This document shows, piece after piece, positions 34,481 to 41,568 of a stretch of DNA of 64,000 bases (within the stretch, counting starts at the first letter, position 1; the number at the start of each line of letters is the position of its first letter). The position numbers and the translations under genes are program-made. Under the pieces are notes generated by a model. That model had not been told where the DNA came from. It searched no databases and saw only the letters and a list, made by a program, of their open reading frames with translations. The stretch is from a virus. Its lineage: Duplodnaviria; Caudoviricetes. The stretch spans positions 32,001-96,000 of the IMG/VR virus record IMGVR_UViG_3300035698_013504; one strand, written 5' to 3'.

Positions 34481-36982
34481 TTGTTATCATTCTTGGTCAA
34501 CTTCAGCGCAACGTCTTCCTCGAGTTCTTCGAGTAGCAACAGCTCGTCTTCAAGTAGCTGGAGTTCCTCGTCTTCGTCTAGTAGCTGGAGTTCCTCGTCT
34601 TCGTCAAGCAGCTGGAGCTCATCCTCTAGCAGCTCCTCCGACAGCAGCTCGTCGAGTAGCTGGAGTTCATCCTCTAGCAGCTCGTCTGACAGCAGCTCGT
34701 CGAGCTCGTCCTCTTGGAGTTCATCCTCGAGTAGCTCGAGTTACTCCACTGGCGCGGACCCGAACCTGGTGTTGTTCCTCCAGGCAGAAGGCGCGGATAA
34801 CGCCCGCGCGATTACCGACGACTCGATGTACGTGCATAGTGTCTACCCGCACGGTGAGCTGGACATAACAACAGATACGGCCGCCCTCGGTACCAGCGCC
34901 ATCTACTTTGACGGTAACACGCAAGAGCTCGTTACCTCACCAGACAGCACTGACTGGAACTTCAGCGGTGACTTCACCATTGAATGTTACGTGCGCTTTG
35001 AGGGCAACTCGATCGCGCAGAACCGCGGATTCCTTGCTCAGTACAAGAACAACACGAACTGTGATGCGCCGGATGCCGCATGGATGTTCTGCTTCCACTC
35101 GACTAAGGGGCTCTCATTCACCGCGTGGGATGGCGACACCGACAGTTACGTTATTCAGCAGCCCAACAACTCCGGCTGGGCCCTTAGCACATGGTACAAG
35201 ATCGCCGTTACACGCGAAGGCAATACTTGGAAGCTCTTCAGAGACACTACAGAGGTTGCTGTTGCAACCGACGCCCGCGTCCTTGAAGACGTGGCGGGTC
35301 CGCTTTACATTGGTAACTACGCTCCCACGAACAGTACGTGGAACTGGCAGGGTTACATGGACCACATCCGTGTCTGGAAGGGTGTCGCGCAGAATGAGGG
35401 TAACAGCTCCTCCAGCAGTAGCTCGTCTTACAGCGACGGTTGCCTGCCTCCTGGCTCAGGACCTTGTAACTTCTGCGATGAGGGTATCTGCGATACGTGC
35501 GACGAAGGCCCGTGCTGCACCGTCGACGAAATGGGCTGCATGTTCTGCGATCAGGGCGCTTGCTCCTCCTGTGACGAAGGCCTCTGCACTTCCTGTGACG
35601 AGGGTTCGTGTACTCGTTGTGACGAGAGTTTCTGTATGTCTTACGACGACCCGGTACTGGGCGCCTGTAACTTCTGCGATGACGGCAAGTGCTCCAGCAC
35701 CGACGAAGGTTCTTGCCGCCGCTGCGACGAGGCCGGGTGTACCCGTTGTGACGAAGCTCTCTGCACCGGCTGCGATGAAGGCCTTTGCACCGTAGCTGAC
35801 TCCGGTCGCTGCGTAGTCTGCGATGAGGGTACTTGCGCCAACTGTGACGAAGCTCTTGGTGGCGCCAACTGCTCAAGTTGTGACGAGAGTCCCTGTATCA
35901 GCTGTGATGAGACCAAGTGGAAGTGCCACAACTGTGACGAGGGTCTCTGCTCCAGGTGTGACCAGGGCGCTTGCTCCTCCTGTGATGAAGGCGCCTGCTC
36001 TAGCGCAGACGGCGGTTGCTGTACAAATACGGACGCAGGCGCATGTAACAACTGCGACGAGAACGAATGTTACCAGTGTGACGAAGTCGGCGGTTGTGCT
36101 GTCTGCGACGAGGGTTGCACTTCTTGTGACGAGGGCTGGTGTGGCACTTGTGACGAGGGTGACTGCAACCAGTGCGACGACGGCCCTTGCACTAGCTGTG
36201 ACGAAGGTCCTTGCATCAACGGCGACCAGGGCTTCTGCTCTGCGACCGACATCGGCCCGTGTCAGAGCTGTGACGAGGGTCCCTGCCTCCTCTGCGATGA
36301 GGGCGCCTGCACCAACGCCGATTACAACGAATGCTACCAGTGCGATGAAGAAGTCGGCTGCCCGTGGTGCGATGACGGCGGCTGCGACGTCTGCGATGAG
36401 GGATGTACCTACTGCGATGAAGGTCCCTGTATCAGCTGTGACGAAGCTGACTGCGACTCGTGTGACGAGGGTGACTGCGTCGCCTGTGACGAAGGCGCCT
36501 GCACTAACGGTGACAACGGCGCCTGCTCCAATTGTGACGAGGGTGTTTGCACGAACGGTGATCAGGGTACCTGTACCAACGGTGACCAGGGTGTTTGCTA
36601 CCAGTGCGATGAAAACGGCGGATGTACAGCCTGCGACGAAGGTTGCGCATCTTGTGACGAAGGCGACTGTACCAGTTGTGACGAGGGCGCTTGTAGCGTG
36701 GCTGACGCTGGCGCATGCTCGAGCTGCGACGAGGGCGCTTGTAGTTCCTGTGACCAGGGTGGTTGTGCCTCCTGCGACCAGGGCTGGTGTGGTACGTGTG
36801 ACGAAGGCGCCTGCAGCATGTGTGACGACGGACTTTGCACTTCGACGGATGAAGGTCCGTGTACCGTCTGTGACGAAGGTATGTGTGGTTCATGCGACGA
36901 GGGCTGGTGTGGTTCCTGCGACGAGGGTCCCTGCTCTCAGTGCGATGACGGCCTCTGTGCCGCCTGCGATGAATTCCCTTAA
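34481..36982 (+). CDS. Ser-rich linker, LamG/concanavalin-like domain and about 62 tandem C-x3-D repeats; putative radical SAM substrate
   Basis: GAGGAG RBS plus TTG; about 78-aa Ser/Trp tract; LamG-like DFTIEC.VRF, WYKIAVTR, YMDHIRVWKG; residues 329-833 are about 8-aa repeats C-x-x-(C)-D-E-G-x. Confidence 0.85.
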   Translation: MLSFLVNFSATSSSSSSSSNSSSSSSWSSSSSSSSWSSSSSSSSWSSSSSSSSDSSSSSSWSSSSSSSSDSSSSSSSSWSSSSSSSSYSTGADPNLVLFLQAEGADNARAITDDSMYVHSVYPHGELDITTDTAALGTSAIYFDGNTQELVTSPDSTDWNFSGDFTIECYVRFEGNSIAQNRGFLAQYKNNTNCDAPDAAWMFCFHSTKGLSFTAWDGDTDSYVIQQPNNSGWALSTWYKIAVTREGNTWKLFRDTTEVAVATDARVLEDVAGPLYIGNYAPTNSTWNWQGYMDHIRVWKGVAQNEGNSSSSSSSSYSDGCLPPGSGPCNFCDEGICDTCDEGPCCTVDEMGCMFCDQGACSSCDEGLCTSCDEGSCTRCDESFCMSYDDPVLGACNFCDDGKCSSTDEGSCRRCDEAGCTRCDEALCTGCDEGLCTVADSGRCVVCDEGTCANCDEALGGANCSSCDESPCISCDETKWKCHNCDEGLCSRCDQGACSSCDEGACSSADGGCCTNTDAGACNNCDENECYQCDEVGGCAVCDEGCTSCDEGWCGTCDEGDCNQCDDGPCTSCDEGPCINGDQGFCSATDIGPCQSCDEGPCLLCDEGACTNADYNECYQCDEEVGCPWCDDGGCDVCDEGCTYCDEGPCISCDEADCDSCDEGDCVACDEGACTNGDNGACSNCDEGVCTNGDQGTCTNGDQGVCYQCDENGGCTACDEGCASCDEGDCTSCDEGACSVADAGACSSCDEGACSSCDQGGCASCDQGWCGTCDEGACSMCDDGLCTSTDEGPCTVCDEGMCGSCDEGWCGSCDEGPCSQCDDGLCAACDEFP
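35465..36979 (+). repeat. Coding tandem repeat, about 24-nt (8-aa) period, consensus CxxCDEGx
   Basis: 62 units by manual count; Cys1 and Asp5 present in all, Cys4 replaced in 14. Confidence 0.9.
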
Positions 36983-36987
36983 CCTAG

Positions 36988-38295
36988 ATGGAGACCGATG
37001 GCATGGCAACAGAAACTCCAGTGATCTCAACGATTGACTTCAACCTATCCGACAGGTGTAACCTTCGTTGTGCCTTTTGCTACACGAAGGACGGCCACGG
37101 CAATGGCCCTGACATGGAGAGGACAAAGCGCATCTTGACGTGGTACTACGATCAGCTCCGCGTCGGAATTGAAAAGAACCCGCAGCGCCGGAAGGTGGCG
37201 AGCTTGAACATCTACGGCGGCGAACCTCTTATGGAGTGGGATAGCCTGCAGGAGACTGTAGCGTGGATTCAAGAGAACCATGGCGATCTTCAGCTCAAGG
37301 CCGGTGTCGTGACCAACATGGTGCTACTTGACGAAAAGAAGCTCGACTGGCTGATGGACAACCGCATTGGTATCCACCCATCAATCGACGGGTGTGCCGC
37401 TGCGGAGGATACTCACCGCGTGTTCCCCGACGGGTCTGGCGCCAGCAAGTTTGTATACGATAATGCGCGGCGGCTGATTAGCCGTACGAAAGGCCGCAGC
37501 TGTCGTATGACGATTTCCCCAGAGACCGTGCCACATATCTTTGAGAGCATTAAGTTTCTCTGCGAGGATATTGGGTTCCACACCGTTAACGCCATTCTGG
37601 CTGGCGGCGCTGAGTGGACACCTTCGAACCTTGACGCTGTTAAGGCGCAGACCATACAAGTTACGGATTGGTGGCTTGAAAAGATGCGAGAAGGCGAGCA
37701 TTATTCCCTCTACTACTTGAGGAACATGTTCAAAGGTATACAGGACAGCAAGCGGCGGCGAAGCCTGTGTTCGTCAGGCATAAGCCGCGTTGGTGTTGAC
37801 ACCAACGGCGATCTATGGCCCTGTCACCGGTTCTGCAACCAGTCCGCGCAGTCTGAATATAAGCTGGGTACCATCGAGACAGGGTTTACCAACCTTGTGC
37901 TATACGAAAAGCTGAAGAACTACGACATTGCGGCAAGCATGAGCGAGAAGTGCAGTACGTGCCCCGCCGTTATGGGGTGCCACGCTCTCTGCCTTCACGA
38001 GATGATGGTCGCGGAGCGGGGGATGTTTACGCCGAACAATCACTACTGCTACATCTGGCCCTTCTACTGGAACGAGGCGATGCGTGCCCATTCCATTATG
38101 ACGGCCGAGAGGAACAAGCTGTACGAAAAGATGTACTGCAGCGGTGACGACAACCGCCGTCCGCAATCACGACAGCGCCCTGCGCGACAGAACCAAGGTT
38201 CGCGCCCGACGATGATGGAGAGAATGGAAAAACTCGAGGGCGAAGTGTCCGGAATCAAAAGTTGTGGGGCTTGCTCCTGCACGCCCCCGAAATAA
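36988..38295 (+). CDS. Radical SAM enzyme with SPASM domain (putative peptide/protein maturase)
   Basis: CNLRCAFC (CxxxCxxC), YGGEPL, SIDG; SPASM Cys pattern CSSG...GDLWPC...CSTC-x5-C-x3-C...C; 5 nt downstream of the Cys-rich gene. Confidence 0.92.
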   Translation: METDGMATETPVISTIDFNLSDRCNLRCAFCYTKDGHGNGPDMERTKRILTWYYDQLRVGIEKNPQRRKVASLNIYGGEPLMEWDSLQETVAWIQENHGDLQLKAGVVTNMVLLDEKKLDWLMDNRIGIHPSIDGCAAAEDTHRVFPDGSGASKFVYDNARRLISRTKGRSCRMTISPETVPHIFESIKFLCEDIGFHTVNAILAGGAEWTPSNLDAVKAQTIQVTDWWLEKMREGEHYSLYYLRNMFKGIQDSKRRRSLCSSGISRVGVDTNGDLWPCHRFCNQSAQSEYKLGTIETGFTNLVLYEKLKNYDIAASMSEKCSTCPAVMGCHALCLHEMMVAERGMFTPNNHYCYIWPFYWNEAMRAHSIMTAERNKLYEKMYCSGDDNRRPQSRQRPARQNQGSRPTMMERMEKLEGEVSGIKSCGACSCTPPK

Positions 38296-38308
38296 GGAGA
38301 TATCAACG

Positions 38309-38533
38309 ATGAAGGTGAAACTTGTTGGGTCAGAGGCTGATGGGTTTTCTCTGATCACAGATAACAACAAAGATGTAGAAGAGGTTGCTCGCATACGCCA
38401 CCGCAAGTACACCAGCGGCCGTACTGCGACGTGGGTTCTTCTCGTTGACATAGCCCATGACGAGGAAGCGTCACCCCGCGCAAACCCGGTACATCGCAAC
38501 AGCAAAATACCCGCGCGGCTAACCCCAAGTTGA
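38309..38533 (+). CDS. Small hypothetical protein co-located with the rSAM gene
   Basis: AAGGAG RBS before ATG 38309. Confidence 0.6.
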   Translation: MKVKLVGSEADGFSLITDNNKDVEEVARIRHRKYTSGRTATWVLLVDIAHDEEASPRANPVHRNSKIPARLTPS

Positions 38534-38558
38534 CCCGCGTACGGATTTCAACGAAACT
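38530..38558 (+). promoter_or_regulatory. sigma70-like promoter candidate
   Basis: TTGACC-N17-GAAACT upstream of the gene at 38615; same -35 as the promoter at 88. Confidence 0.35.
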
Positions 38559-38614
38559 GTACTAAGAGGGTTGCATACGTAGCAGCCCATGCCCCGTAGA
38601 AGGAGAGGCCTAAG

Positions 38615-38890
38615 ATGAGCACTGTATTCACGAGAATCACAAACGCCGCGCGCGTTGCAAAGCACTTCGTATGGATCCCGCCTTACGGCAAGACGCTCGC
38701 CGTTGGCGCTCATATCGACGTCATCGGCATCATCGAAAGTCAGATTAAGGTCGGCGCGGGCAAGAGTGCGACGTCGCCCATGGAAACCGCGTACCTTGCT
38801 GACGTCGCTGCTGGTAACGTCACGGTCGAGCACAACGTAGCCTACGACCAGGGCAGTAGCAGCAGCTCTCTCATCCCGGCCGTCCTGTAA
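38615..38890 (+). CDS. Small hypothetical protein, paralog of 22288..22500, with Ser-rich tail
   Basis: AAGGAG RBS; LADVAAGNVTVEH; GSSSSS. Confidence 0.7.
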   Translation: MSTVFTRITNAARVAKHFVWIPPYGKTLAVGAHIDVIGIIESQIKVGAGKSATSPMETAYLADVAAGNVTVEHNVAYDQGSSSSSLIPAVL

Positions 38891-38899
38891 CGGAGAAGG

Positions 38900-39715
38900 G
38901 TGGTACGAATGAGTTTTGCACAAGACTGTATAGACGCTGGATCTAACCTGGCTGAAGTACCTGTTATGCAGATCGGCCAGCGTACGGCCGGTACGGCAGC
39001 CCTGACGATCAAGACTGCAGATGGCGCCCCGTATGACCTTACAGGGAAGACTGTGCAATTCATCGCCAAAGAGTTGTACACGGATAACGTCTCGTACATC
39101 GACAAGGCAATGACCATCGTCAGTGCCGTTGATGGCGAGGTCACGCTTGCGTATGGCACATCTGACTCCAAGTACGCCGGGGCGTGGGTAGCCCAGGCAA
39201 CAGTTAGGGACAGCGGCACCAACGAGTATATCTACCCGGTGTACTTCTATGTACGCACCTCCCTTGACTCGTTGACCTCTGAACTCGTAGGCGTACCGAA
39301 TATCTACGAGATCCGCCTGGCTATGCGCGATACCTCGGCTGTGGATAACTATCTGCTGGATGACGTCGAGTTCAGAGATGAAGAGATTATCGCCGTGATT
39401 CGCTGGCCGATCGATCAGTGGAACGAGACACCGCCCCCGGTACAGCGTTACACTCCCGCGAGCTTCCCGTGGCGCTACCACTGGATTCGTGCGATTGTTG
39501 GACACCTGTTGGAGATCAAAGCGCACAACTATCGCCGCAACCGCATGGACTACCAGGTTCAGGGCGGCCACGTTGACGATAAGAACAAAGCCGACAGCTA
39601 CGAGAAGCGGGCTAATGAGCTCATCTCGGAGTGGAAGGAGTGGATGATGCATACCAAGCTTACACTCAATATGAACCGCGGTTGGGGTACAGTAGGCTCT
39701 GGTGTGTATCGATAG
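38900..39715 (+). CDS. Putative head-tail adaptor/neck protein
   Basis: Beta-rich N-terminal domain plus helical domain IYEIRLAMRD...YPWRYHW-like; position before neck and sheath genes (alternative ATG 38909). Confidence 0.5.
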   Translation: MVRMSFAQDCIDAGSNLAEVPVMQIGQRTAGTAALTIKTADGAPYDLTGKTVQFIAKELYTDNVSYIDKAMTIVSAVDGEVTLAYGTSDSKYAGAWVAQATVRDSGTNEYIYPVYFYVRTSLDSLTSELVGVPNIYEIRLAMRDTSAVDNYLLDDVEFRDEEIIAVIRWPIDQWNETPPPVQRYTPASFPWRYHWIRAIVGHLLEIKAHNYRRNRMDYQVQGGHVDDKNKADSYEKRANELISEWKEWMMHTKLTLNMNRGWGTVGSGVYR

Positions 39716-39732
39716 CAACGCGTTACAGAAAC
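39713..39732. promoter_or_regulatory. Recurring intergenic motif, copy 4
   Basis: TAGCAACGCGTTACAGAAAC from the upstream stop codon to just before GTG 39734. Confidence 0.45.
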
Positions 39733-39733
39733 G

Positions 39734-40666
39734 GTGAGTAATGTGGATTGCAACATCTTCAGTAGAGTTAGCGTTGACGCATGGGTTCCCGGCGATTCTG
39801 TTGTCTATTGGAGCCTGCGCCCAGATTTTACCTACACGGGCGACGTCCACTTCTACGTAGACCACGCACGTCCTGGCGGCGATTGGACATGCTTGAACCC
39901 GGAAGACCCGGTGATCAACGCCTGCGCCTTCACCGACGGGGATAAGCGTAACTGGGGTACACAACCGCAGAGTTACTACCGTGTTCGTATGGTGAATCCC
40001 CCGGGCGGAGACACTTACGTATCTCAGCCCCAGTCCATCTTTGGTAACCTCAACCGCAACGACTGGCTGCTCGTACGTGAAGCCGCAAGACAGAAGTACC
40101 TTGAGTACGCTAAGGGTGACGGCCAGCTTGGCTGGTTGCTCAAACGCCGTCGATGGGGCACCGAGTGTCCAGATTGTCTTGACTGGGACACGGGTGAGCG
40201 TACGAACTACAACTGTGACCGCTGTTTTGGTACTGGAATCCTCTACGGGTTCTTTCCGTCCATCGCCGTACCCATGGCTATTAGGGGCCGTGCCCCACGC
40301 CGTAAGGTAACGCAGGAGCAGGTCGGGGTCATGGATCCTAAGACGGTGAAGGCGGAGTGTGTAGCATACCCGATGATCGAGACGGAAGACGTATGGGTCG
40401 ATGCAGATACGGGCGAGCGCTTCTTTATTCAGACAATCGACGTCCAGTCATCCATCCGCGGCGTACCACTTACATACGCGTCTGAGCTTCGCCTTGCCCC
40501 GTATACACACATTATCTACACAATACCGCTGGAGGGCGCGGAGGCCCGAAGTAGCTCTTCCGCTTCCAGCGTCTCGTCGAGCAGCAGCGGCTGGTCTTCA
40601 AGTAGTAGCTCACGAACGCTGGTTCAGCGCGAGTGGCGGCAAGGGTTATCCGACGACGAGTGGTGA
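39734..40666 (+). CDS. Putative neck/head-closure protein with CxxC...CxxC zinc motif
   Basis: CPDC...CDRCFGTG; position; C-terminal Ser/Trp tract. Confidence 0.55.
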   Translation: MSNVDCNIFSRVSVDAWVPGDSVVYWSLRPDFTYTGDVHFYVDHARPGGDWTCLNPEDPVINACAFTDGDKRNWGTQPQSYYRVRMVNPPGGDTYVSQPQSIFGNLNRNDWLLVREAARQKYLEYAKGDGQLGWLLKRRRWGTECPDCLDWDTGERTNYNCDRCFGTGILYGFFPSIAVPMAIRGRAPRRKVTQEQVGVMDPKTVKAECVAYPMIETEDVWVDADTGERFFIQTIDVQSSIRGVPLTYASELRLAPYTHIIYTIPLEGAEARSSSSASSVSSSSSGWSSSSSSRTLVQREWRQGLSDDEW

Positions 40667-40687
40667 TGACCCCGTCTATTTAGGTTC

Positions 40688-40716
40688 TTGATCTGATTAC
40701 GAGATGGGCATACAAT
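40688..40716 (+). promoter_or_regulatory. sigma70-like promoter candidate
   Basis: TTGATC-N17-TACAAT upstream of the tail completion and sheath genes. Confidence 0.45.
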
Positions 40717-40894
40717 GAAGAATGAAAAGGCAGGATCGGGTTTGTTCAACTCGACCTACTCCCTTTTTGAGTTCGAGCCGCCTGAGGAAGACGTTGAAAT
40801 GGCCTTATTTGGGCCGCCTCCGGAGCTCGGCGCGGACGAGATTGCTGCGTTACAGCGTAACGTCCGCATGGAAATGCATAAGGAAATGGAATAA
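40715..40894 (+). CDS. Small acidic ORF (59 aa), below the ORF-track cutoff
   Basis: MKNEKAGSGLFNSTYSLFEFEPPEEDVEMALFGPPPELGADEIAALQRNVRMEMHKEME fills the 40667-40899 gap. Confidence 0.35.
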   Translation: MKNEKAGSGLFNSTYSLFEFEPPEEDVEMALFGPPPELGADEIAALQRNVRMEMHKEME

Positions 40895-40899
40895 GCTCA

Positions 40900-41541
40900 A
40901 TGACGGAGCCCACGTACACATTCGAAGAGGTGAGCGCATTTTGCCAGAGAGGGCCGCGACCCAGATACATTACTGGCGCAATACGCTGGGCTCTAATCGC
41001 TCATTTCTCAAATGAGGACTTTATTGAGCAGGAACAGGTGAAGGGATACGTCTGGAACGAAGATAAAACCCAGTCGAACCTCCTCATCGAATCCGCCCAT
41101 AAGTGGGAAACCGTGGTGACGCAACAAAGACCTGCGCTGATGATAAAGCGCAACGAGGTCAAGCCACGCAAGCTAGGGATTAATCACGGCATGACAACCG
41201 GGATTGATACGACTGGAGACAAGCAATATCAGGGCGACGTGAAGACTTGCGCTATGACAGGTAGTCATACGGTCTTTTGCATCGGCCAGTCGGGAGCAGA
41301 AGCAGAGGCTCTCGGGCAGGAAGTCCTGCAAGAATTGCTTGAGTTCGGACCCGTCATGCTCAACGACATCAACCTAGCGAAATGGGAAGTGGCCGGAATG
41401 GGTGGAATTGCCAAGCTTGAAGAGTCCCGCGAACACTTCGTCGTCCCTGTGACGGCCGCGTGGGCTTACTTCCATAGCTGGCGACTTCGACCTACCGGGC
41501 CTTATCTTCAGAAAATCACTGTTGAGACTAATTCCGTTTAA
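40900..41541 (+). CDS. Putative tail completion/terminator protein
   Basis: Directly upstream of the sheath; alpha/beta pattern ending in FVVPVTAAWAY. Confidence 0.55.
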   Translation: MTEPTYTFEEVSAFCQRGPRPRYITGAIRWALIAHFSNEDFIEQEQVKGYVWNEDKTQSNLLIESAHKWETVVTQQRPALMIKRNEVKPRKLGINHGMTTGIDTTGDKQYQGDVKTCAMTGSHTVFCIGQSGAEAEALGQEVLQELLEFGPVMLNDINLAKWEVAGMGGIAKLEESREHFVVPVTAAWAYFHSWRLRPTGPYLQKITVETNSV

Positions 41542-41568
41542 TTCCAATTCCTCCAGGAGGAAAGACTC

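Noticed and set aside
35465-36979. Possible CRISPR array or DNA-level tandem repeat
   Set aside because: Repeat units vary at synonymous positions and keep the reading frame; there are no identical repeats with unique spacers and no cas genes
35465-36979. Reading the repeats as heme-binding CxxCH or ferredoxin CxxCxxC motifs
   Set aside because: Position 5 is always Asp, never His; the second Cys is dispensable in 14 units; spacing does not match ferredoxin motifs
35823-37037. 404-aa plus-strand alternative-frame ORF (Val/Thr/Arg/Ala repeats)
   Set aside because: Frame-shifted reading of the C-x3-D repeat; the repeat simply lacks stops in this frame
38309-38533. Possible stand-alone RRE/PqqD partner of the rSAM
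   Set aside because: Predicted strand-strand-helix-strand pattern does not fit the three-strand, three-helix RRE fold; cannot be supported without modelling
38519-39964. 481-aa minus-strand ORF, and other long minus-strand ORFs such as 41941..42927, 23517..24308, 28916..29698 and 24618..25352
   Set aside because: They lie antisense to well-supported plus-strand genes, have no RBS or recognisable motifs, and are expected shadows of biased codon usage in GC-rich genes
40722-41015. 97-aa ORF starting near the predicted TSS of the 40688 promoter
   Set aside because: Composition looks like an off-frame reading and it overlaps the tail completion gene by 116 nt; the 59-aa frame looks more protein-like
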